64,000 nucleotides of DNA from Octopus sinensis (lineage: Eukaryota). Of the stretch, positions 1 to 10,981 are shown piece after piece. The position numbers were made by a program, and so were the translations under genes. Position 1 is the stretch's first letter. Every line of letters begins with the position of its first letter. The stretch lies in contig NC_043006.1 in assembly GCF_006345805.1 (NCBI RefSeq), positions 24,986,001 through 25,050,000 of the forward strand, read 5' to 3'. A model generated the notes under the pieces. The model searched no databases and had not been told where the DNA came from. It worked only from the letters and a program-made list of their open reading frames with translations.

Positions 1-258
1 AGGTTTTAAATATAATATGAGCAAATAAAATAAAGTGAGAACCCAAGCAAAATGAAGGGGCAAAAGAAGCCCATTTTCACTAGTGTTACTTAATGCAGCT
101 ACTATTTAACATATAACATGGAAAAAAGTGAGGTTTTAGACGTAATATAAATGAGAACGAAAGCTAGAAATATGAACGAGATGAAAATGAGAATTAAAGC
201 TATGGGACAAAAATGCTTATTTGAACATTAGAATGGCTTAACTTTACTATATATATAT

Positions 259-376
259 ATATGTGAGTATGTATGTATGTATGTGTGTGTGTGTGTGTAT
301 ATGTATGTACGTGTGTATGTATGTATGTATGTATGTATGTATGTGTGTGTTTGTGTGTGTGTATGTATGTGTGTGT

Positions 377-413
<37 letters not shown>

Positions 414-449
414 GTGTGTGTGTGTATGTATGTATGTATGTACGTATGT
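259..449. repeat. Compound (TG)n/(TATG)n microsatellite
   Basis: Directly visible; explains the spurious CV/YV/HT ORFs. Confidence 0.95.
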
Positions 450-985
450 AGGCAAGTTATTGTTCAGTTTTATTTCAAGATTTCCTGCCAGTAGAGAGTT
501 GCTCTCTAACCTAGATCCAAGACTCCTTCATTGGAATTTCAACATCAACAACAGGGTATTTTTGTTTTTATGTATGTATATGTACAGATTTATATGTTTT
601 TCTTTATGTATTTATTCTCATGCATATAGTTGCATATCTAGACATGCTCATATATATTTAAATGATAAACAGATTTTTACAGTTCCAGTGGTAGATTGGA
701 TTTGTAGTCTTTGAATTAGCTTTCTCCTTTCTGGTTTTGAGAAGCCTAATTTTTCATGATTGGTATTTAGGCAGTGTGTTACATATCCCAGGGCCCCAAT
801 AGTTACAGGTATAAACCTGAACTTGTAATCTGGATAGAGTAACTGCTGAATTCTCAATAGTTCTGAGTAGGTATTCTCTTTTTCACTGATCTTCAGCTTT
901 ATGGTAATATCTGCAGGACAGGTAACTTCCACAGCTGTACACAGTTTCTCTTCTCTATCCCAAATCATTATATCAGGTCTGTCTG
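450..985 (-). mobile_element. 5'-truncated non-LTR retrotransposon with restriction-like endonuclease (R2/R4-type RLE), C-terminus plus 3'UTR
   Basis: ORF 648-1019(-) contains RPDIMIWDREEKLCTAVEVTCP (PD-(D/E)xK RLE) and IPVTIGALG; flanked by (TACA)n-type microsatellite on both sides. Confidence 0.75.
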
Positions 986-1018
986 TCTGTATGTATGTAT
1001 GTATGTATGCACATATCA

Positions 1019-1053
<35 letters not shown>

Positions 1054-1062
1054 ACATATATA

Positions 1063-1360
1063 TCACCGTGACCGACCAGGCTATCAGATGTTGCTACACA
1101 TCGCTGGTCACAATGCGCTTCGCATTGTTTTAGCCTTCAAATGACGCCACCCCGCTGGCTAAGCGAGCAGGCCAACAGAAGAAAGAGTGAGAGAAAGTTG
1201 TGGCGAAAGAGTACAGCAGGGATCGCCACCTACCTCTCTGCCGGAGCCTCGTGGAGCTTTAGGTGTTTTCGCTCAATAAACACTCACAACGCCTGGTCTG
1301 GGAATCGAAACCGCGATCCTACGACCGCGAGTCCGCTGCCCTAACCACTGGGCCATTGCA
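1063..1360 (-). mobile_element. tRNA-derived SINE family C
   Basis: Reverse complement begins GCAATGGCCCAGTGGTTAGGGCAGCGGACTCG...GGTTTCGATTCCC (A/B-box-like); second copy at 26367-26647. Confidence 0.85.
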
Positions 1361-1386
1361 CCTCCACACACACACATATATATATA

Positions 1387-1605
1387 GGTGCAGGCATGGC
1401 TGTGTTGTAAGGAGATTGCTTCCCAACATGGTTCTAGGTTCACTCCCACAGCATAGCATCTTCAGCAAGTGTCTTCTACTATAGCCTCAAGTCATCCAAA
1501 GCCCTGTGAGTTGATTTGGCGGATGGAAACTGAAAGAAACCCGTCATATATATATATATGTGTGTGTGTGTGTCTTCGTATCTGTATTTGTCCCCCCACC
1601 CATCA
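1387..1605 (+). mobile_element. SINE family A, 5' part
   Basis: tRNA-like head GGTGCAGGCATGGCTGTG...GGTTCACTCCC followed by the family core. Confidence 0.8.
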
Positions 1606-1649
1606 TGTACATGCATATACAGCAGGCGCTAATGCTCACATATTCATGT

Positions 1650-1686
<37 letters not shown>

Positions 1687-2114
1687 TACACACACACACT
1701 CACACACACAACTGATACACACAGCTGATATCCACATCTACACCTCATACAGCTGGTAAACACACATATACACTCTCACAATCCATTTACCTGATGTCCT
1801 GCAAGTCCCTTCAAATGTTGGCCAGATAGCAAGATGCTACCAGCTTCCTGCCCAGCTATGTGGTTTGAGAAATTTTCCTTTTTAATGCATTTGATGTTAC
1901 TGAAATGTCAATATCACTTCTAATAACACTGTGTGACCTGCATTGACCTATAGCAGCCCAGTTTTTGATAACCATCTTGGACTTCCTGCATCTCTCCTAT
2001 AATTGTGCCCAATGAGCTAGGTTTCTGTAAAAAGCCCTACAGATGTCTAAGGTGTATGAGGCTAAATCAAACTGTTTTAAATAATAATTATTATTATTAT
2101 GTATATAAATAAAT

Positions 2115-2460
2115 ATGGTTCCTGGTTCAGTCAGGCTGCGTGGCACCTTGGGCAAGTGTTTTGTACTATAGCCTCGGGCTGACCAAAGTGAGTGGATTTG
2201 GTAAACGGAAACTGAAAGAAGCCCATCAGATATATATATATGTATATGATTGTGTGTTTGTGTTTATCTCCCCAACATCACCTTACAACCGATGCTGGTA
2301 TGTTTATGTCCCTGTAACTAAGCAGTTCAGCAAAAGAGACCGATAGAATAAGTACTAGGCTTACAAATAATAAGCCGTGGGGTCGATTTGCTCGACTGAA
2401 GGTGGTGCTCCAGCATGACCGCAGTCAAATAGCTGATACCAATATAAGAATAAAAGAATA
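2115..2460 (+). mobile_element. SINE family A (5'-truncated)
   Basis: Shared core GGCACCTTGGGCAAGTGT...GGAAACTGAAAGAAGCCC and 3' tail. Confidence 0.85.
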
Positions 2461-2849
2461 TATATATATATATATATATATATCCTCATCATCATCATCA
2501 TCATTTAACGTCTATTGTCCATGTTGGCATGGGTTGAATATAACTGATCATCAAAATCATAAGTAAGAAATTGCATAAGAAATTGCAAATATTTATATTT
2601 ATATGTTGTACTTATTATTCAGTAACTTATTGAATAAACATTTAAATCTGATTGGAGAATGCATTATTACTATTCAAAACAATGGGAATCCATTGGATAG
2701 AAAATGATTGTAATTTGAAATACATTAAAAGCTGCTTGGAATTGAATCAAAAACAGCATAATATAAAGCATCTATATTCATGGAGACAGGCATAGGATAT
2801 TCAGCAAATGAAACAGCCCCTTTTAGAAATTATGAACTAGAAATATTGT

Positions 2850-3019
2850 AGTCCCATTGCGTGGCATCTTGGGCAAGTGTCTTCCACTATAGGCTTGGGC
2901 CGACCAAAGCCTTGTGAGTGGATTTGGTAGATGGAAACTGAAAGAAGATTGTCGTATATATATATATGTGTGCGTGTATGTTTTTGTGTCTGTGTTTGTC
3001 CCCCTAGCATTGTTTGACC
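2850..3019 (+). mobile_element. SINE family A fragment, ending at a MITE-like element
   Basis: Family core ends abruptly at the TIR starting at 3015. Confidence 0.8.
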
Positions 3020-3301
3020 ACGTGTATTTGTTTATATATGATCGTCGATTTCTGTAAGAAACTTTTATTTTTTTACATTTATTTTTTTACATATGGGGTT
3101 GAGGGGAAATGGGATCTTTGGGGTTAGGGTTAGGTTACGGTTATGGTTTGGGTTAGGGTTTCTTAACCCTAACCTTAACCCTAACCCTTGAGGAGGGAAG
3201 TTCTTTTGAAGTTACCGTGCATGGGAAGCATTGATGTACATGTGTGTGTGTGTTTTTTTTACGCAAATCAACGATCATATATAAACAAATACACATGGTC
3301 A
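3015..3301. mobile_element. MITE-like element with ~37-bp TIRs and internal inverted telomere-like repeats
   Basis: TGACCACGTGTATTTGTTTATATATGATCGTCGATTT (3015-3051) versus AAATCAACGATCATATATAAACAAATACACATGGTCA (3265-3301), 2 mismatches. No clear TSD. Confidence 0.65.
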
Positions 3302-3684
3302 TTTGACGTAAAATATACTAGAACCGTAAGATTGCCAAATATTTAATACATGTGTTTATATCTATCACAAGTGCAAAAGAAATGGAAATATAAAGGCAAA
3401 AATATGATAAAAATCTATCAATAAATTAGCTTACTGTAGGAAAGAGGTGTTGTAGTCATAAAAAAAAGGAAGAGAAACACATAAAAGTCAAGAAGAATGG
3501 AAAGGAGAGAAGTGAAATAAGGAAAAAATGTTATCTAAGACATGAAAAAATATTATCTAAGTGAAAAGATACTGGTAGTTAAGACTGAACAACATATATC
3601 TAATATGGATAGCTATAAGCACTGGGAGGAAGTAATTAGAAAGTGTGCAATAGCTGAGAAATAAGACAGATATAGAGTTAAATG

Positions 3685-3915
3685 TAATAAATTTTTATAT
3701 TTCTTTACTACCCACAAGGGGCTAGACACAGAGGGGACAAACAAGGACAGACAGATTAAGTCGATTATATCAACCCCAGTGCGTAACTGGTACTTAATTT
3801 ATCGACCCCGAAAGGATGAAAGGCAAAGTCGACCTCGGCGGAATTTGAACTCAGAACGTAACGGCAGACGAAATATGGCTATGCATTTCGCCCAGCGTAC
3901 TAACGTTTCTGCCGG
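3685..3915 (-). mobile_element. SINE family D (Meta-domain-like)
   Basis: ATCGACCCCGAAAGGATGAAAGGCAAAGTCGACCTCGGCGGAATTTGAACTC; related copies at 38520-38720, 51545-51680 and a fragment near 54920-55020. The Meta-domain assignment is from recall. Confidence 0.75.
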
Positions 3916-4191
3916 GGATAATAGTAATAATGGTAGACTCCTCCCACATGATGAACAGTAGAGTGTACAAAGTAGTCACTCATAGATAGCTGTGGTCTTA
4001 CTTGTCCAACTAACGATACTGTTATACCAGAATGGGCATTACAACAGTCTGACATAATAAGGATTGCAACAGTGGCGATGAAGAAGTAACAAACTAACGA
4101 GGAATTAATAAACTCACAAGGAGTTTTTTTGTACAAATTTTATGGTGTACAGAATTGTAAGATTATGGAAAAATTGTTGGTCAGTTTACTC

Positions 4192-4577
4192 ATCATCATC
4201 ATCATCATCATCATTGTTTAGCGTCCGCTTTCCATGCTAGCATGGGTTGGACGGTTCAACTGGGGTCTGGGAAGCCAGAAGGCTGCGCCAGGCCCAGTCT
4301 GATTTGGCAATGTTTCTATGGCTGGATGCCCTTCCTAACACCAACCACTCCGAGAGTGTAGTGGGTGCTTTTTATGTGCCACCGGCACAGGTGCCAGACG
4401 AGGCTGGCAAACAGCCACGATCAGATGGTGCTTTTTACGTGCCACCGGCACGGAGGCCAGGCGAGGCTGGCAACGGCCATGATTGGATGGTGCTTTTTAC
4501 GTGCCACCGGCACTGGTATCACACCTACAATTTTCATTGATGTTGATCGATTTCGATTTTGATTTTGATTTTGATTT
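4192..4577 (-). mobile_element. RTE LINE 3'UTR-only copy (family B, (ATG)n tail) inserted in gypsy gag
   Basis: Matches the 3'UTR of the RTEs at 46302 and 60300; contains TTTTTACGTGCCACCGGCAC repeats. Confidence 0.85.
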
Positions 4578-5527
4578 GCAAAAACAACAACAGAAAGAAC
4601 AACAGCAGCAACTACAACTGCAAGAACAACAGCAAAATCAACAACAATTGCTATTACAGCGACAAATGCTGCAATTATTGAATTGTAAATCGTCAAAAGA
4701 TGCTGAAAAGATGTTCTCGCCAGATTATGTTGCAAATTCGAGGACAGAATTTAATTATGAACCAGATGAAGGAGTTACCTTCAAGGTGTACTATAGAAGA
4801 TGCAAAGTGATCTTCTATTGAGTGCAAAGATTGGGACAACTATATGAAAATGCATTTAATTTTAAGGAAACTGGCAGTAGGATAACATGAGCAATACAGC
4901 AATGACATACTCCCCAAAAAAACCTTATGACATAAACTTTAAAAATACAAAAGACATATTGTGTAAAATTTTTAGTGATAAAAGCTCATCCAATACACAC
5001 TGGAAATTTTTGAACCTAGAAAAGAACAATGAGGAGGACTACATCACATTTGCTGGTAGAGTTAACAGAGAATGTGCAAAGTTCAAAGTAGACGAATTAA
5101 TGCCAGACATGTTTAAGTGCCTGATATTTACTCAGGAAACTATTTCAGTAAAAAATGCAGAAGTAAGAACTAGATTTCTCACTAAGCTGGAACAAAACCA
5201 AGCTGTAACCTTACAACAAGTGTCAGAAATGTGTGAAAGAATAGTAAATTTAAGACATGATACAGAGAAAATTGAACATAAAGTGAAACAAGTGCATCAG
5301 AAAATACAAAACAAGCAGAATAGAAATCAAGTGTGTACTAAAATACACTACAAACAGGACAGGAATCAGGAAATAAACCCATGTTTTGCATGTGGAAGTT
5401 TACGCCTGAGAAAAAACTGCCCATTTAAGAAAGTGGAATGCTTCTGTTGTGGAAAAATTGGACATATAAAAGCGCACTGTAAAACCAAGGTGACAAAATA
5501 TTGGAACAAAGAAAAAAATAAACAAGA

Positions 5528-5938
5528 GGCACAGGAGTGGCTGTGTGGTAAGTAGCTTGCTTACCAACCACATAGTTCTGGGTTCAGTCCCACTGTGTGG
5601 CATCTTGGGCAAGTGTCTTCTGCTATAGCCTCGGGCCGACCAATGCCTTGTAAGTGGATTTGGTAGACGGAAACTGAAAGAAGCCTGTCGTATATATGTA
5701 TGTATATATATGTATGTGTGTTTATATGTTTGTGCGTCTGTGTTTGTCCCCCCAACATCGCTTGACAACCAATGCTGGTGTGTTTACATCCCCGTCACTT
5801 AGCGGTTCGGCAAAACAGACCAATAGAATAAGTACTGGGCTTACAAAGAATAAGTCCCGGGGTCGATTTACTCGACTAAAGGTGGTGCTCCAGCATGGCC
5901 GCAGTCAAATGACTGAAACAAGTAAAAAGAGTAAAAGA
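5528..5938 (+). mobile_element. SINE family A, full length, inserted between gypsy gag and protease
   Basis: Complete head, core, internal TA/TG microsatellite and GTAAAAGA tail. Confidence 0.9.
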
Positions 5939-8034
5939 AAAAAAGAATAAGATGTCATCGCAAGAAAATGGTAATATAACAAAGAGGAAATATGTAAATG
6001 TGAAAATCAAAAATATAAGAGTAAAAATGTATTTAGACACTAAAAATGATATTATTACTATTGTGAATGAAAAAACATGGAAGTATATTGGTAAGCCAAA
6101 ATTACAAAAGTAGCACATGATGTTATGGGTAAAAGATTGTATTTTGTAGGTGAATTCACGTGTAATGTGACATTTCGTGATCAAATAAAAACAGCAATGT
6201 GTTAAAAAATTCAGTTAATCTATTCAGCACAGAGTGGATGGAATTATTCAAATTGTCAAATACACCCCATAAGTGTTTCTTGTGCGAATATAGTCAGTTC
6301 AGTCAAAGGTTCAAATGTAGTTGAGTGACTGAAACAAAAAATAAAATATTTGTTTCCAGATGTTTTCTTGGTATAAAAGTGGTTCCTTTCGTATTTCAGC
6401 AAGTAATGAATACTATACTGGGGGGATTGTGATTTTGCTATTGCCTAATTTAGATGATATTCTAATGAAAACCAAAGCACATGAACAAAATACAGAACAC
6501 ATTAAAAGGGTATTTGAAAAGATGAGGCAATATGGCAAGGGAAGAAAAATGTGAGTTTGTCAGATGATAGATAAAAATGGATGGAAACAAGATCCATCCA
6601 GAGCAACAGCAATGAAAAATATGCCTGCATCAAATAATGTGACTATGCTATGAGAATTCTTGGGATTAGTAAATTACTATCAAATTTACATTCCCATTAT
6701 ACATCATGTAAGAGCCCTGCTCAATGATCTTTTAATAAAAAACACAAAATGGTTTTGACAAGTTAAAACGTATTTTAACATTGACTTATCGTTAACGCAT
6801 TTTGATCCTAAGTTGGATATTGTATTGGCTCCAGATGTGGTGATTACGATGTAGGAGCTGTGCTTCTGCACAAATATAAGAATGGGAGTCAAAAGACTAT
6901 GCGTCACAATCGTTATTACCAGCTGAAAAGAACTATAGCCAGGTAGAAAAGAAAGCATTAGCAATCATATTCGGTGTAAGAAAATTCCATAGATTTATTC
7001 ATGGAAGAAGTTTCTATCTACAAACTGATCATTGTCCTCTGCTGTCAATATACAGTTCTAAAAAAGAAATACCAACACACAGCGAATAGACTACAGTGAT
7101 GGGACACTACATTATTGAATTATGACTACAAAATAGAATATTTACCATCAAAAAAACTAGGGCATGCAGTTGGTTTGTCCAGACTGATACCAAAACACAG
7201 CAAGCCATTCAAAGATACAGTAATCACAGCTTTAAGATTAACAGGAGAAATAAAAAATGTAATGTGGAATGTGGTACACAAATTACCAGTAACCCTAGAA
7301 GACGTTAAACAAAATATGGTAAAGGACAAATTCATAACAAAAATGGAAAAAATACTGTAGTCAGGAAAAGTAAATGGGAACAGGATTGGTGCAAAATGAA
7401 ATCAAGATGTGAACCTATACTTAATTTGTGATGAAAATGTTGAAAGAATTTCGAGGATGAAAGCTTTAATGCATAGTTATGTGTACTGGCCAAAAATGGA
7501 TAGAGAAATAGAAAATTTAGTGAAAGGCTATAGAGGATGTGCTCTATTGGCAAAATTACTGACAATAAAAGTGAACCGTGGCCAAAAGTAGATGTTTTGC
7601 AGTCAAGAGTACACAATGATTTCGCTGGTCCTTTAAATGGTTCATACTGCTTAGTGGTAGTGGATAGTTTCACTTAAATGGCCAGTAATTTGTAAGTGTA
7701 AAAAGTCAACCTATTCAGCTGCAACAAATTTTCTACATGAGCCGTTTGTGAGATTTGGCATCCCAGATGTGATAGTGTCTTACAATGGAATGCAATTTGT
7801 GTCTTTTGAGTTTAAAAAGTTTTGTAAAACGTTCACTATGAAACATGTAACTATGGCACCATACCATCCCAGATCTAACAGACAAGCAGAACGCTAATAA
7901 GGAAGAGAGCCCTAATAAGGCTCTAATAAGAGAGCCCTAATAAGGAAGTCATGGATGAGGTAGCTCTGCAACAATTCTTAAGGTTATACCGTGTGACACC
8001 AAATGCAAATACACTAGCAGGTGTTCATTTTAAA

Positions 8035-8560
8035 GCCTATTGCTGAGCTATGGGTGCCCAGCTTTGTTAGCATGGTCTATAGCTGGTTCGTGGTTTTAGT
8101 GATGAGTACAATGTTATCTAATAATCAGAGATGTGTTAGTAATTTGCCATTCATGTTTTTGTCATCTGTCCAATTAATATCTCTGATGATATAAATAGAT
8201 ACTTTAGCCTAATACTGCTTCTGTTGCATATAAAGGACCAATATTCATCCAGGGCAGCTATTTGCAATGCCAAGGATTGTCTTTCACTGTTTTCCCATTC
8301 AACATTGGAAGCAAATTTCATCTAGGTTTGCTAGCTGTAAGTATATGCTATTGAAAATGGCCAATCAGGCTGAAACACATCTAACATTCTCACTTGTAAC
8401 TGTTTGGACGATTTTCTTCTAATGTATATTGTTTTTCCAAACTCAGCAAGCCCATGAGAAATATTATCTCTAGATGAATGCTAAATATCATAGTAAATTT
8501 GCCTCTCACAATGTATTTACATTAAGTATGGTATATCAATGGTCATTTTAATCTAAGACT
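8035..8560 (-). mobile_element. Decayed RTE-type reverse transcriptase fragment
   Basis: Minus-strand translation DINWTDDKNMNGKLLTHL*LLDNIVLITKTTNQL*TMLTKL resembles RT domain 5. Confidence 0.6.
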
Positions 8561-8585
8561 GCTTCTATCGCATGATATATTTATA

Positions 8586-8625
<40 letters not shown>

Positions 8626-8835
8626 AAGTTAATCCAAACAAGAAAGCACAAAAAAACACAACAACACGAGGACGTGGAACAAATATAGTATTATTGGACG
8701 CTCAGGAAAGAAGGAAAGAAGGAGGGTTTAACGTTTCAAGCAGAGCTCTTCGTCGGAAACATAGGAGAAGGAAAGATCCAAAGAAGGGAAGACAGAGGAA
8801 AAAAAATCGCCAACGGTACACACGCGGTCACATTT
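8626..8835 (-). mobile_element. Short non-coding PLE-type repeat carrying a minimal hammerhead
   Basis: Homologous to 47880-48078; both abut (TA)n via AAAGTTAATCCAAACAAGAAA. Confidence 0.7.
8726..8760 (-). ncRNA. Minimal type I hammerhead-like motif
   Basis: Minus strand: GUUU-CCGACGA-A-GAGC(UCU)GCUU-GAAAC-GUU-AAAC. Confidence 0.55.
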
Positions 8836-8931
8836 TGAATGTATATATATGTATGTATTTATATATATATAATATATATATATATATATAAATATATACA
8901 TACACACACACACACACACACATTATATATA

Positions 8932-8970
8932 CTAGCAGAGATACCCGGTGTTGCCCATGTTACATGCAAT
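8932..8970 (-). mobile_element. Helitron 3' end
   Basis: Reverse complement CATGGGCAACACCGGGTATCTCTG-CTAG|T: GC hairpin remnant plus CTAG. Confidence 0.55.
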
Positions 8971-9076
8971 TGAAGAATTAGACTTTTCTTTTATATTTTC
9001 TGTAATGAACTGGAATACCTATGATTCGAATTTCATCAAAATTGCAGTTGAAAGTTCTTTCCTTCTTAACAGACCC

Positions 9077-9149
9077 CAAAAAAAAACACAAGGCAGTGTC
9101 TTATTTTTATTATGCCTACTCAGTTGTATCGATCAATTTATATATTTTT

Positions 9150-9202
<53 letters not shown>

Positions 9203-9288
9203 GTGCACACACACAAAAAAAGTTATAAATTGATCGATACAACTGAGTGGGCATAATAAAAATAAAACACTGCCTTGTGTTTTTTTTA
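9077..9288. repeat. Fold-back inverted repeat centred on (TA)n
   Basis: AAAAAAACACAAGGCAGTGT...CTCAGTTGTATCGATCAATTTATA and its reverse complement flank (TG)n(TA)n(CA)n. Confidence 0.9.
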
Positions 9289-9289
9289 T

Positions 9290-9612
9290 TATTTTGATAA
9301 ACCTGGTACTTATTCTATCAGTTTCTTCTTGTGAAACCAGTAAGCTACGGGGATGTAAATAAACGAACAGCAGTTGTGAAGCCGTGAGGCGGGAGAAACA
9401 CAGAGACAAAGACACATGCATACACTTACGTATATACATATATATATATACGATTGATTTCTTTCAGTTTCTGTCTACAAAACCCACTAACAAGGCTTTG
9501 GTTGGTCTGAGGCTATACCAGAGGACACATGCCAAGTCACCACACTGTGGGACTGAACCCAGGACCATGTGTTTTGGAACCAAGTTTGTTACCACACAGC
9601 CACACCTGCACC
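9290..9612 (-). mobile_element. SINE family A
   Basis: Reverse-complement match to the family. Confidence 0.8.
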
Positions 9613-9697
9613 TATGTATATATGTGTGTGTGGGGGGGTGTATATATATGTATGCATGTATATATGTGTATATATATGTGTACATATTACATGTACA

Positions 9698-9751
<54 letters not shown>

Positions 9752-9934
9752 CTACACATATACATGTATACATATACATCCATATCTATAGAAATACATC
9801 TATATATATATACATTTGTGCAGATGTATACATATGTATGTGTATATATATATATGTATGTATATATATAGATATATATATATATATACACATACGTACA
9901 TACATACATACATACATACATACATCCATCCATC

Positions 9935-9998
<64 letters not shown>

Positions 9999-10029
9999 TA
10001 CATACATACATACATATATACATGAAATT

Positions 10030-10283
10030 ATTGAAGTGAGAGTATCTGACATTACAATAAAGAGATGTTATTGTTTCACTTTTGACACGTAATACAGAAA
10101 TAGTGGAGAAGATATGATATTGGTGTGGGCTTGCACTAGGCAAGAAGTTAAAAAATTTTTTGGCCTGTGACACTACATGGACCCTAAGTAAGGCATGTGT
10201 AAAATTTGAATGAAATTGGTTGTGTAGTTCTTAAGTTTTAGGGATTCACACAGACACACATTCTCATCTTTATATCTACAGAT
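10030..10283 (-). mobile_element. Non-autonomous Helitron-like 5' portion
   Basis: Homologous to 26950-27200(-) and 48915-49200(+); begins A|TC...ATAAA..TGAGAATGTGTGTCTGT. Confidence 0.6.
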
Positions 10284-10297
10284 ATATATATATATAT

Positions 10298-10331
<34 letters not shown>

Positions 10332-10414
10332 ATATATATACACACATATATATATAAATACATACATACATACATACATATATGTATATATATGTCTATA
10401 TATATATATATATA

Positions 10415-10608
10415 TCATCATCATCATCATCATCATCGTTTAACGTCCGTTTTCCACGCTAGCACGGGTTGGACGGTTCGACCGGGGTCTGGAAGCCAGG
10501 GGCCGCTCCAGGCTCCAGTCTGATTTGGCAGAGTTTCTACGGCTGGATGCCCTTCCTAACGCCACCACTCCGTGAGTGGATTGGGTGCTTTTTACGTGCC
10601 ACCTGCAC
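10415..10608 (-). mobile_element. RTE 3'UTR-only copy (family B)
   Basis: (CAT)n tail followed by CGTTTAACGTCCGTTTTCCACGCTAGCACGGGTTGGACGG. Confidence 0.85.
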
Positions 10609-10609
10609 A

Positions 10610-10643
<34 letters not shown>

Positions 10644-10681
10644 ATATATATATATATACGTATATATATATAAACACACAT

Positions 10682-10771
<90 letters not shown>

Positions 10772-10839
10772 AAATGTAATATGTGACAATTATTCGGTAT
10801 CCATGATAAAACTCCAAGTTTCGGATGCCGAGGTGGAAA

Positions 10840-10981
<142 letters not shown>

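Larger units (their letters stand above)
3950..8030 (+). mobile_element. Degenerate Ty3/gypsy LTR retrotransposon (gag with zinc knuckles, protease, partial RT, RNase H, integrase), interrupted by two insertions
   Basis: PBS-like CAACA|GTGGCGATGAAG near 4066-4082; gag ATG at 4165 (MEKLLVSL, resuming QKQQQ after 4578); FNYEPDEGVTF; CFACGSLRLRKNCPFKKVECFCCGKIGHIKAHC; YKIEYLPSKKLGHAVGLSRL; MHSYVYWPKMDREIE; integrase-like sequence to ~8030. Many stops and frameshifts; no 3' LTR found. Confidence 0.85.

Noticed and set aside
3121-3187. Interstitial telomere or chromosome fusion site
   Set aside because: Very short, degenerate and enclosed by TIRs; better explained as part of a small element.
4366-4512. 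Regularly spaced ~20-nt repeats resembling a CRISPR array (also 46478-46770)
   Set aside because: Spacers are similar to each other, the repeats lie in an RTE 3'UTR, the context is eukaryotic and there are no cas genes.
4483-4821. Poly-Q ORF suggesting a host regulatory protein
   Set aside because: It is the gypsy gag N-terminus fused to inserted repeat sequence.
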